Shown here in pieces: positions 49,341 through 58,095 of a stretch of 64,000 nt of DNA. This DNA comes from Chthoniobacterales bacterium (GTDB taxonomy: Bacteria > Verrucomicrobiota > Verrucomicrobiia > Chthoniobacterales > UBA6821): positions 71,363 to 135,362 of the forward strand of contig JAIEQF010000019.1 of NCBI GenBank assembly GCA_019747895.1. The letters run 5' to 3'. Position 1 is the first letter of the stretch; each line of letters begins with the position of its first letter. Both the position numbers and the translations under genes were made by a program. The notes beneath the pieces were generated by a model, which had not been told where the DNA came from, made no database searches, and saw nothing but the letters and a program-made list of their open reading frames with translations.

Positions 49341-49506
49341 GAAGGTTGAAAAAAGCAGTTAATCTTAAAAAGATACTTCAAATTTTGCGATCTAATTTTA
49401 GATTTTTTTTGTTAGCATTTTTGTAATCCTTCAGATTTCTGGTCAAGAATGAGCTTTATAAAACTATTTTTGTAAAAAGTTGAAAAGTTGAGTCGCTGAA
49501 AAGCAT

Positions 49507-49630
49507 CTGTTGAGCGCCGCTAGTGGGGCTGTTGAAAAGAAACCATCCTTTCAACCTCTCAACTCTTCAACAAAACCTTTGATGTAAGATTTTATTTGCT
49601 TTTGTATAATCTGGTCTTCTAAACGAATGC
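49507..49630. repeat. 124-nt element, uninterrupted copy (interrupted copy at 17699-17742 plus 17836-17910)
   Basis: The first 44 nt differ at 4 positions from 17699-17742. The last 74-75 nt differ at 7 positions from 17836-17910. Confidence 0.85.
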
Positions 49631-49717
49631 TTGCCCTCATCCCTTCAACAGGCGCGTTAGCGGCGCCTCAACAGCTGCCAAAGGCAGCGCTCAACTCTAA
49701 ACAGCCGCCGGAGGCGT

Positions 49718-50308
49718 TTAGGCGGCCAAGTGGCTCGTATCATTCCAAAGCCTGATTACCGGTTCCGAGAGATTGTGCTCGTAGCCAAGAATGCTGAGGC
49801 TGGCCGTGCTAAGAAAATAGAGTCGTCCTTCTTCCGCGGGGAGGTCTAGCCAGCGTGTGGTGAGCATTCTTAAAATATGAGCATGAGCAAAAATGAGAAT
49901 GTCACCATTGATCGCTTTCATTTTTTCAATCATTTGATCGCAGCGCTGAGCGACTTGCTTAGGAAGTTCTCCGCCAGGACAACCATCGCGAAAAATAAAC
50001 CAGTCGGGTTGAGTCTGGTGAATTTCGGTTGTCGTGCGGCCTTCATAATCACCATAGTTCCATTCTTCGAGTAGAGGATCGGGCATGACCATCGAACCGA
50101 ATCCAGCCAGTTCGCAGGTTTTAAGCGCCCGCTGGAGGGGGCTTGAAAAAACTTTAGCAAAGGTCAGTCCTTGAAGTCGCTTGCCGAGTTGCTTGGCATT
50201 TTTCTCTCCTTGCTCGGTGAGGGGAATATCAGTCATTCCCGTGTGTTGTCCTGAAAGGCTCCAAATGGTTTCGCCGTGACGAGCTAGATAAATTTTAGGA
50301 AGAGGCAT
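49718..50308 (-). CDS. Histidine phosphatase family protein (phosphoglycerate-mutase-like)
   Basis: RHGETIWS catalytic motif near the N-terminus and a later H in FAHAHILR. Confidence 0.85.
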   Translation of the reverse strand: MPLPKIYLARHGETIWSLSGQHTGMTDIPLTEQGEKNAKQLGKRLQGLTFAKVFSSPLQRALKTCELAGFGSMVMPDPLLEEWNYGDYEGRTTTEIHQTQPDWFIFRDGCPGGELPKQVAQRCDQMIEKMKAINGDILIFAHAHILRMLTTRWLDLPAEEGRLYFLSTASLSILGYEHNLSEPVIRLWNDTSHLAA

Positions 50309-50312
50309 AAGA

Positions 50313-50432
50313 ACAGGTTACAGTTTACAGGAAAAAGGTATAGTTAACCCGGATGTTTTAAATAAGGCGATTGGAATTTACTAAAAAAATTTCTGGAATA
50401 TTTTGCTGTAACCTGCAACCTGTAACCTGTAA
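50313..50432. repeat. Word-arm hairpin, ACAGGTT class, filling a divergent spacer
   Basis: acaggttacagtttacagg against ctgtaacctgcaacctgtaacctgtaa. The arms end 4 nt and 9 nt from the two divergent start codons. Confidence 0.85.
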
Positions 50433-50441
50433 ACTTCAAAT

Positions 50442-51980
50442 ATGGACGTTGAAATACTCGCAAGAATTCAATTTGCTTTCACTGTAGCCTTTCACTACAT
50501 CTACCCGCCAATGACCATGGGGCTTGGTTTGGCGCTGGTTCTCATGGAGGGAACTTATTTGGCTACGGGCAATCGCCTTTACCATCGTTTAGCTCATTTT
50601 TGGACGCGCATCTTTGCCGTTATTTTTTCTATTGGGACAGCAACAGGGATTGTGATGGAGTTTGAGTTTGGAACAAATTGGGCGACTTACTCTCGATTTG
50701 TCGGGGATATTTTTGGAAGTGCTTTGGCTGCGGAGGGGATTTTTGCTTTCATGCTAGAGGCAGGATTTCTTTCCCTTCTTTTATTTGGTTGGGATAAAGT
50801 TGGAAAGAAGATGCACTTTTTTGCAACTTGCATGGTTTGTCTTGGCTCTCACTTCAGTGCCATCTGGATTGTGGTTGCTAATTCTTGGATGCAGACACCA
50901 GCAGGCTATCATCTTGAATTAATCAAAAATGGGATTCACACATCTCTTCCTGCCAATTATATTTTGCAGCCAGAAGATATTGGTCATGTTCGTGCCGTGA
51001 TCGATAGTTTTTGGGGAATGGTTTTCAATCCCTCGTCCATGCAACGACTCGCTCATGTCGTATTTGGGACTTGGTTAACGGGGGCTTTTCTCATCATCAG
51101 TATTAGTGCCTACTACTTGATCCGAGGACGGCATCGCGCTTTTGCTCAAGCTTCCATGACGGTTGCTGTCATTTTTGCAGCGGCAGCTTCGCTTTGCCAA
51201 TCGGTGAGCGCTGATTTTACAGCACGTGGCGTGGTCAAAAATCAACCGATCAAATTGGCTGCGATGGAGGGGGTTTATCACACTGTTCCCTACACGCCAA
51301 TGAATCTGTTTGGATTTGTCGATACCAAGCAACAAAAAGTCTACTCGCTTCAAATTCCAGGCCTTCTCAGCTTGCTCGCATTTCACAATTTTGAAAAACC
51401 AGTTCTAGGACTTGACCAACTTCCTTCCGATGAGTTTTTGGCAGCGAGAAATCCAGGAAAAACAACGCAAGAACTTGCCTCGCTCCGTCCTCGGTATTGG
51501 CCGCAGATTGGAGCAACGTTTCAAACATATCATCTCATGATCATTGTGGGATCCATGGTTTTTGCAGGAGCTTTTCTCTCGCTCTTCTTGTTGCTTAAAG
51601 GACGACTCTTTCGCACTGATTCTTTTTTCATTCGCTGTTGGCTCTTCTTACTGATTTTTTCTGTGCTCGGTCCGCAGATTTGTAATCAAGCAGGATGGTT
51701 TACAGCGGAGATCGGGCGGCAGCCATGGATTGTTTACAATCTTTTAAAAACCTCAGAAGCTCTTTCTAAAAAAGTCTCTTCGGATCAAGTCTTAGGATCG
51801 CTTTTTCTCTTTTTTGCTATTTATGCGCTCCTCTTTTTTGCTTTTATCTACTTGCTCAATTTAAAAATTCAACATGGTCCAGATGATCCTGAAGAAGATC
51901 CAGAGGCGCCGGCACCTGGTGAAAAATCATTCCTCTCTCAACTTGTCGTAGGAACAGATGAGTCTCGGGCTTCTTCGTGA
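50442..51980 (+). CDS. cydA: Cytochrome bd ubiquinol oxidase subunit I
   Basis: [24 protein letters not shown]-terminus, Q-loop and [12 protein letters not shown] motif. Confidence 0.95.
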   Translation: MDVEILARIQFAFTVAFHYIYPPMTMGLGLALVLMEGTYLATGNRLYHRLAHFWTRIFAVIFSIGTATGIVMEFEFGTNWATYSRFVGDIFGSALAAEGIFAFMLEAGFLSLLLFGWDKVGKKMHFFATCMVCLGSHFSAIWIVVANSWMQTPAGYHLELIKNGIHTSLPANYILQPEDIGHVRAVIDSFWGMVFNPSSMQRLAHVVFGTWLTGAFLIISISAYYLIRGRHRAFAQASMTVAVIFAAAASLCQSVSADFTARGVVKNQPIKLAAMEGVYHTVPYTPMNLFGFVDTKQQKVYSLQIPGLLSLLAFHNFEKPVLGLDQLPSDEFLAARNPGKTTQELASLRPRYWPQIGATFQTYHLMIIVGSMVFAGAFLSLFLLLKGRLFRTDSFFIRCWLFLLIFSVLGPQICNQAGWFTAEIGRQPWIVYNLLKTSEALSKKVSSDQVLGSLFLFFAIYALLFFAFIYLLNLKIQHGPDDPEEDPEAPAPGEKSFLSQLVVGTDESRASS

Positions 51981-52000
51981 GCCACTGTGCGACTGAAAAG

Positions 52001-52189
52001 AATTAACCGCAAAGAACGCAAAGAGCACAAAGAAAAAAATCTGACGATGATTGGCTTTTTCAAAATTATAGGGTTTGGTTATTATGTGAATGAGCACAAA
52101 ATACAAAATATCAACTAGCGAACCTGAAGCTTCGCTTTCAACTTTTTTTACTTTTTTCTTTGTGCTCTTTGCGTTTTTTGCGGTTAATT
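52001..52189. repeat. Word-arm hairpin, CACAAAGAA class, inserted between cydA and cydB
   Basis: aattaaccgcaaagaacgcaaagagcacaaagaaaaaa against the reverse complement of 52152-52189: 1 mismatch in 38 nt, with a 112-nt loop. Confidence 0.92.
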
Positions 52190-52226
52190 TCTTAGTTTTT
52201 TAATTTGGGTAAACTATTTTACAAAA

Positions 52227-53279
52227 ATGCATTTCTTCAACAGCTGCGTAGCAACGATCGCTCCCTACTACACGACGATTTGGTTTATTCTCGTTGGCAT
52301 TCTTTTTACGGGATATGCGGTGCTCGATGGTTTTGATTTGGGGGTGGGAGCGCTGCATCTTTTTGTGAAGAATGATCACGATCGGCGGATTTTTCTTAAT
52401 GCCATTGGGCCTGTCTGGGATGGAAATGAAGTTTGGTTGGTAGTGGGAGGAGGCGCCCTTTTTGCAGCCTTTCCTGGAGCTTATGCGACGGTCTTCTCGG
52501 GATTTTATATGCCTTTCATGTTGCTCTTGGTCTCGCTGATTTTTCGTGCGGTGGCCATTGAATTTCGCAGTAAAGAACCTGGAACAATGTGGCGTCAGAC
52601 GTGGGATGTTTTATTTTCGGTAGGGAGTATTTTTTCTTCCTTTGTCATCGGGGTTGCCCTTGGCAATATCACACGCGGCATTCCTCTGGATGCCAGCGGA
52701 GAATTTGCAGGAACTTTTTGGGGTCTGTTCAATCCTTACAGTATTTTTCTTGGGGTTACGGTGGTGGTTCTCTTTGCTATGCATGGTGCCATTTATCTAA
52801 CAATGAAAACGGAGGGAGTATTGCAAGAACAAGTCAAAGGGTGGGTGCTCAAGCTGATCCTGCTTTTTGTTGGGTGTTACTTAATTTTTAATCTCTCAAC
52901 ACTTTTTGTCTCTCCTTACTTGGCTAAAGTTATTTTTTCACGGCCACTTATTTTTGTAGTTCTCGCTCTCGATATGCTTGCCTTGCTCAACGTCTGGCTT
53001 TTGATCAAGGCTGGTAAAGAGTTTGCAGCCTTTCTTTCTTCCTGCCTCATGATGGCCCTGCTCATGATGACGTTTGGAATTTCTTATTATCCCAACATGG
53101 TGCTTTCATCACCAAATCCTGAGAATAGCTTAACAATTTTTAATTGCTCTTCGACCAATTACACGCTGGGATTACTTTCCGTCATCGTTGTCATTGGTGT
53201 TCCAATGGTGCTGACTTATACAACGAGTGTTTATTGGATTTTTAGAGGGAAGACGAAGTTGACGGATACGAGTTACTGA
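52227..53279 (+). CDS. cydB: Cytochrome bd ubiquinol oxidase subunit II
   Basis: YAVLDGFDLGVG and PVWDGNEVWL motifs. Confidence 0.93.
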   Translation: MHFFNSCVATIAPYYTTIWFILVGILFTGYAVLDGFDLGVGALHLFVKNDHDRRIFLNAIGPVWDGNEVWLVVGGGALFAAFPGAYATVFSGFYMPFMLLLVSLIFRAVAIEFRSKEPGTMWRQTWDVLFSVGSIFSSFVIGVALGNITRGIPLDASGEFAGTFWGLFNPYSIFLGVTVVVLFAMHGAIYLTMKTEGVLQEQVKGWVLKLILLFVGCYLIFNLSTLFVSPYLAKVIFSRPLIFVVLALDMLALLNVWLLIKAGKEFAAFLSSCLMMALLMMTFGISYYPNMVLSSPNPENSLTIFNCSSTNYTLGLLSVIVVIGVPMVLTYTTSVYWIFRGKTKLTDTSY

Positions 53280-53280
53280 G

Positions 53281-53411
53281 GCGTTGTTAAACAACGCGGT
53301 AACGAGTAACGAGTATGTTTAAGATCGAAACAAAATCAGATATTTTAACTGCATCTCAGAACGCTTCATATTTTACTCTTTACTTGATCAACTTATTATT
53401 TATTACTCTTC
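53281..53411. repeat. 8-bp perfect palindrome at the cydB stop, followed by a weak TAACGAGTA-class word-arm hairpin
   Basis: gcgttgtt-a-aacaacgc (53281-53297). ggtaacgagtaacgagta against tactctttacttgatcaacttattatttattactcttc, with low complementarity. Confidence 0.55.
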
Positions 53412-53443
53412 ATCCTTTCCATCCCTGTTAATTTTTTTTTCTT

Positions 53444-55417
53444 ATGAATAACCAAATTCTTCAACAATCTGCTCGTGATGCTCGTGGTCTTGCCATGGAC
53501 GCTGTCACCACCTGTAAATCAGGTCATCTGGGTCTTCCACTTGGTTCCGCGGAATTAGGAGCGGTTCTTTTTGGAGAGTTGTTGAAGCTCAATCCTGCTG
53601 AACCACGTTGGCTTAATCGCGATCGTTTTGTTCTCTCGGCAGGTCATGGAAGTATGTTTCTTTATTCCTGGCTGCATCTTGCTGGCTTTGCGATTTCATT
53701 GGAGGATCTCAAAAAATTTCGCGTGCTTCATAGTTTGACTCCTGGTCATCCTGAGTTTCATCACACACCTGGTGTTGAGGCAACGACTGGACCGCTCGGG
53801 CAAGGCGTTGCCAATGCTGTTGGATTGGCTATTTCAGGTCGTATGGCGGCGGCTCGTTTTAATACTTCGGAACATACCATCATCGATCACCACATCGTCT
53901 GTTTGGCTGGTGATGGTTGTTTGCAAGAGGGGGTTTCAGCTGAGGCTTCCTCGCTCGCTGGACATCTTGGGCTCGACAACCTTATTCTTTTTCATGATGC
54001 GAATCGCGTGACTCTTGATGCGATGCTTGACGTCAGCGAGAGTGATGATACTGCAGCTCGCTATCGTGCGTATGGTTGGGATGTTCAAGAAATTGATGGT
54101 GGAAATCTTGAAGAAATTGAGGCTGCCTTCCTCAAAGCAAAAGCCGCTGTGGGTAAGCCCCAGTTCATTGTTTCTCGCACCTTGATTGGGAATGGTATTC
54201 CTGAAGTTGCTGGAACCAACAAAGCTCACGGCGAAGCAGGTGTGAAGTACACGGAAGCTGCACGCAAAGCACTAGGCCTGCCCGATGAGAAGTTTTTTGT
54301 CTCACCAGAAGTGCGTGCTTATTTCAAGCAGCACCAAGAGGAGCAAGTCAACGCTTACGAAGCTTGGAAAAAAACTTATGAGGCATGGCGTGCTGCCAAC
54401 GCTGATATGGCAAAGGACCTCGACAATTCCTTGGACAAAAAAGTTCCTGACTTGCTCGCTGCGATTCCTGAATTTGCACCAGCTGAAGCCATCGCTACGC
54501 GGAAAGCCGGCGGCGTTGTTTTAAATGCCATTGCTAAAAAAATGCCGCTGCTTGTGACCGGAAGTGCTGATCTTTTTGGGTCGACGATGAATTATTTGGA
54601 AGGCCTTGGGGATCTCACTCGTGAAAATCCAGCAGGTCGCAATATTCACTTTGGTATTCGCGAGCATGCCATGGCAGCCATCATGAATGGTATTGCTTAC
54701 GATGGAATCTTTCAACCAAGTGGTGCGACGTTCTTGGTCTTTAGTGATTATGCGCGTCCTTCGATTCGCTTGGCAGCGCTTTCGAATTTGCCAACGATTT
54801 ACATTTTTACACATGATTCTGTTGCGGTGGGTGAAGATGGTCCAACTCATGAGCCGGTGGAAACAGTCGCTGCATTGCGTGCGATTCCTGGGCTTGATGT
54901 CATACGTCCTGGTGATTCAGAAGAGACGGCAGGAGCTTTTGCTGCTGCCTATTCAAGAACCGATGGTCCGACGCTTCTTGCGCTCTGTCGTCAAAATCTT
55001 CCGAATCTCAGCGAGATTCCGGTCGCGACACGTCGTCAAGGCATTGCTCGTGGAGCCTACATTGCGCGGAAGGAAACAAAAAATCTTGAGACAATTGTAA
55101 TGGCAACCGGAAGTGAACTTCAATTGGCTCTGGAAGCTGCTAAACAACTGGGTGAGGGAACACGTGTTGTTTCGATGCCTTGCATGGAACGTTTCTTGCG
55201 CCAAGATGCAGCTTATCAAGAAGAGGTCTTGCCGAGGTCTTGTCGCAAGCGTGTTTCGATTGAGGCAGGCATCTCTCAACCGTGGTTCCAATTTGTTGGT
55301 CTCGACGGAAAGAGTGTTGGTATCAATCGTTTTGGCTTGAGTGCTCCAGGTGCTATCGCATTAAGTGAGCTAGGAATGACCGCAGAGGCTGTTGTCGCTG
55401 CGGCTCGCTCTTTGTAA
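53444..55417 (+). CDS. tkt: Transketolase
   Basis: GHLGLPLG, GDGCLQEG (TPP binding) and THDSVAVGEDGPTHEPVE motifs. Confidence 0.96.
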   Translation: MNNQILQQSARDARGLAMDAVTTCKSGHLGLPLGSAELGAVLFGELLKLNPAEPRWLNRDRFVLSAGHGSMFLYSWLHLAGFAISLEDLKKFRVLHSLTPGHPEFHHTPGVEATTGPLGQGVANAVGLAISGRMAAARFNTSEHTIIDHHIVCLAGDGCLQEGVSAEASSLAGHLGLDNLILFHDANRVTLDAMLDVSESDDTAARYRAYGWDVQEIDGGNLEEIEAAFLKAKAAVGKPQFIVSRTLIGNGIPEVAGTNKAHGEAGVKYTEAARKALGLPDEKFFVSPEVRAYFKQHQEEQVNAYEAWKKTYEAWRAANADMAKDLDNSLDKKVPDLLAAIPEFAPAEAIATRKAGGVVLNAIAKKMPLLVTGSADLFGSTMNYLEGLGDLTRENPAGRNIHFGIREHAMAAIMNGIAYDGIFQPSGATFLVFSDYARPSIRLAALSNLPTIYIFTHDSVAVGEDGPTHEPVETVAALRAIPGLDVIRPGDSEETAGAFAAAYSRTDGPTLLALCRQNLPNLSEIPVATRRQGIARGAYIARKETKNLETIVMATGSELQLALEAAKQLGEGTRVVSMPCMERFLRQDAAYQEEVLPRSCRKRVSIEAGISQPWFQFVGLDGKSVGINRFGLSAPGAIALSELGMTAEAVVAAARSL

Positions 55418-55688
55418 GATTGCACTTCGTTTCATAGCTCCTGCATTGAATGATGCAGGGGAAGTTATATTTTCAAATGACTTGGCCGCGATTAAAGCTT
55501 TGATTGACGCTCAAGTCATAAATCAGAACGCTCTTTTTCGTAATGGTCCATTTTTTGAATTGATCTGGATCAACTTGATGTGAGCTATGACTAGAGCATT
55601 TTCACTAAAGTTGTAGCCGCGCATTGCGGCGTCACTCCGGTGCTCGCGTCCTCGAGTATCAGAATACACTGCGGATCTGCGGTTGAAC

Positions 55689-55766
55689 TCGCTCGCTCCC
55701 GCTCGGCTCGCCCTTACGGGCTGCTTAACAGCAGTCCATCCAGCGGCCGCCCGGCCGGCTGTATTC
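55689..55766 (+). repeat. GC-rich B-module, copy 5 of 5 (diverged)
   Basis: tcgctcgctcccgctcggctcgcccttacgggctgcttaacagcagtccatccagcggccgcccggccggctgtattc. Confidence 0.7.
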
Positions 55767-55800
55767 TCGTTTCTGGCACTGCATCGGCTACAACTTCATT

Positions 55801-55966
55801 TATAGTCAAATTACTTAGAACTTACAAGCAATTGACTTGTCCTTTTTAGGAAAAGACTGTGTTCTCATCCCGTCACGTTATCGTTTAGATAGCGCTCGGT
55901 CTTCGGTCTGGCCTTTTCTAAAAATTCCTGCGTTCTTCCCTGTAATTTTTAAGTAATTTGACTATA
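55801..55966. mobile_element. MITE-like element, copy 2
   Basis: About 95% identical to 34193-34358. TA at 55801-55802 and 55965-55966 flanks the core tagtcaaatt...aatttgacta. Confidence 0.85.
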
Positions 55967-56129
55967 ACATGCTCTAGTAACTGTGAGAAAAAAGCTAGGT
56001 TCGTTTTCTGGAGAAGGATTTTCTTGTAAGTGATGATCTGTTTTTTGATCCGATGCTTCTGGTAAAAAAGCGCATGGAAAATCTAAAAGAATAGGTTCGG
56101 AAGAAACATCTTCTCTCTGTTGAAAAAAA

Positions 56130-56785
56130 TTAGAAAAAAATTTCTTTTTCTTGATGCCAAAATTCTAGGCTTATCAATTTGCTGATAGCAAAAGCGATGG
56201 TGGCGTCAAAAGTGAAGCCGGTTTTTGCTTCTTCTTTTTGCAGCTCTGCGAGCAGATATCCTTGAGTTCTTGTTGTGAACTCTTGTTGGAGTTCCGGTCC
56301 TGCCTTCAAAGAGCCTTGCATTGGGAATGTGCAGAGGACAGAAGAATCCCTTTTTAAAATCTGGAGAAGAAGCGAGATTTTTTCCGTGGAGAAGGTTATT
56401 TCATTTTTTGATAACAATGAATCTACCTCTTCTTTTTTTTGGCGATAGCTTCTTCTGAATTTTTTCTTCGCGCGTTCCCTCTGCGCTTTGTGCGAAGGGA
56501 TCTTGTGATGCGTCTGGATATTTTAAAAAATGCTCTGAAGGTGAACCATAAGGAGTAAAAAACTGGTCAGGTGTAACGCTTCCTCTTCTAGAGATGGTGC
56601 TGCCCGTGCTGAATCTGTTTTTGCTCGCCCCAATAGTCGGATCAATTGCTGTGCTCAGAACAAACCGATCGCCTCGTTCTGTTCGGCCAGAGGCATCCTC
56701 TTCCTCTCCTCGTTGGATTTCCCTTGTCTTAGCAGTGGTTGGATTTTTTAAACTATCTTCAAAGGAAGATGGTTTTTTTATCCAT
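56130..56785 (-). pseudogene. Gene split into three frames by two A/T homopolymers; would encode about 217 aa if each run were 1 nt shorter
   Basis: ATG at 56785 gives MDKK, then the T7 run (56773-56779) shifts frame. The middle frame is open from 56793 to the stop at 56401. The T6 run (56404-56409) separates it from track ORF 56130..56417. The middle part is S/T/P/R-rich with KKLSPKKRRGR. Confidence 0.6.
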
Positions 56786-56847
56786 CGGATTAGCTAGCAG
56801 TAAAGCAGAAAGCCATAAACTTCCCGTGACAATGGGAAAGATTTTGA

Positions 56848-57387
56848 TCAAGGTTTAAGAACACGAATTTCTGGAAGGTTCCTATAATATTCCTGATAGT
56901 CGAGGCCATATCCGACAACAAATTCATCAGGAATTTCAAATCCAACATAGTGAGCCGTGATGTTTTCAGTGGTCTTTGCTGTTTTGTGGAGGAGCACGCA
57001 AGACTGAAGGCTTGCGGGGCCTTTGGTTTGAAGGTATTCGCTGAGAACTTTCAATGTTTTTCCGCTATCGAGAATATCATCAATGAGCAGAAGGTGGCGG
57101 TCCGTGATATCAGGAAGCGGGACGGATTGAAGAGTGACCATGCCGGAAGAGACAGTGCCTCCGTGGTAGCTTGATACAGGAATGATTTCCAATCTGAGAG
57201 GAAGAGGAATGAGGCGGAGGAGATCTGCCAAAAAGACAATGCTTCCCTTCATGAGGGCAATAATGGTCAATTCTTTGTCTGCATAATCTCGTGTGATAGC
57301 CGTTGCAAGTTCAGTAACTCTTTTTTGAATGGCCTGTTGATCAACAAGAATTCGATCGATGTTGGGTGTTTTCGTTTTGTTGGTCAT
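56848..57387 (-). CDS. hpt: Hypoxanthine-guanine phosphoribosyltransferase
   Basis: ORF trimmed to the ATG at 57387. PRPP-binding motif LLLIDDILDSGKTL. Confidence 0.92.
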   Translation of the reverse strand: MTNKTKTPNIDRILVDQQAIQKRVTELATAITRDYADKELTIIALMKGSIVFLADLLRLIPLPLRLEIIPVSSYHGGTVSSGMVTLQSVPLPDITDRHLLLIDDILDSGKTLKVLSEYLQTKGPASLQSCVLLHKTAKTTENITAHYVGFEIPDEFVVGYGLDYQEYYRNLPEIRVLKP

Positions 57388-57483
57388 AAGAAAATAAGTT
57401 AAAATTATCAGGAAATATTTGTTAGCGAAGCCTATTGAACTCAAGCTCAAACTTCAAGCACTCAAGCTCTAGATGCGAAGCAG

Positions 57484-58086
57484 CTAGTCAAATGATCCTA
57501 AGGCTCGTAATTGTCCGTGAGAGAGCTCAAAAAACTCAGTGCTAATGGGAGTAACAGAAAGTTTATAGTCATCACGGATCTCCGGAGCAATGCTATTCAT
57601 GGGAGGAAGTAATTTTGAAAAAATATAAACACGATTGGAAGAGGGGATAGCAATCAGGAGATCGGGGCCAAATATCCTTGTAAAGTGAGCGGCAAAATCA
57701 GGAGCAAGAATCGTTGAGGCAGTTACAGGTTGAGGCGATTCTAATAAGGCAACTTGAATAACGCCATGTTCATCGCGCAAAAATTTAGGAGCAAGTTTGG
57801 CGAGCTCGGCAGAAAGATTAGAGCGAGCTTGTTCCACGAAGTGATGCATCTTTTTTTCGGAGAGTGTTTGGTATCCTGGTTCCAAAAGAGCGACAGTTGC
57901 CTCGCCGTTATTTTTTTTGATGAGCCAGGCTGGCACGATGACGGTGCGCTCAGCTCCTGCAATCTTTTGTTGCAGGGAAGCATGAAGAAAACTTGGCTCC
58001 ACAAGCAGGATTGGAATTTTTTCTTCACGGGCAGTAAGAGCTGGCAAAGAAATAATTAAAAAAAATGTAAAAAATTTTAATATCAT
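57484..58086 (-). CDS. Secreted protein of unknown function
   Basis: ORF trimmed to the ATG at 58086, which begins the signal peptide MILKFFTFFLIISLPALTA. The track extension is translated repeat arm. Confidence 0.55.
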   Translation of the reverse strand: MILKFFTFFLIISLPALTAREEKIPILLVEPSFLHASLQQKIAGAERTVIVPAWLIKKNNGEATVALLEPGYQTLSEKKMHHFVEQARSNLSAELAKLAPKFLRDEHGVIQVALLESPQPVTASTILAPDFAAHFTRIFGPDLLIAIPSSNRVYIFSKLLPPMNSIAPEIRDDYKLSVTPISTEFFELSHGQLRALGSFD

Positions 58087-58095
58087 AAAAAATTT

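Larger units (their letters stand above)
48879..49702. mobile_element. Inverted-repeat-bounded insert carrying four-helix-bundle gene 2 and a 124-nt repeat, filling the spacer upstream of icd
   Basis: The reverse complement of 49646-49697 matches 48887-48936, with 28 consecutive identical nt (gttgagcgctgcctttggcagctgttga) then about 80%. Mobility is an inference. Confidence 0.7.
55590..55978. repeat. Composite nested repeat downstream of tkt: outer 10-bp IR, inner 12-bp IR enclosing E- and B-modules, then MITE copy 2
   Basis: actagagcat (55590-55599) / atgctctagt (55969-55978). aagttgtagccg (55608-55619) / cggctacaactt (55785-55796). E-module about 55638-55665. Confidence 0.8.

Noticed and set aside
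46966-49702. Calling the four-helix-bundle inserts genuine rRNA intervening sequences or a diversity-generating retroelement.
   Set aside because: - No rRNA gene, reverse transcriptase, or template/variable repeat pair is present in the window.
- Only the protein family and the stem-loop context are shared, so this is kept as a hypothesis in the findings.
55392-55583. 63-aa ORF overlapping the tkt 3' end (…NDLAAIKALIDAQVINQNALFRNGPFFELIWINLM).
   Set aside because: - The start lies inside tkt and only a TTG is available downstream.
- No motif is recognised.
- It reads vaguely protein-like and could be a gene fragment, but I cannot support it.
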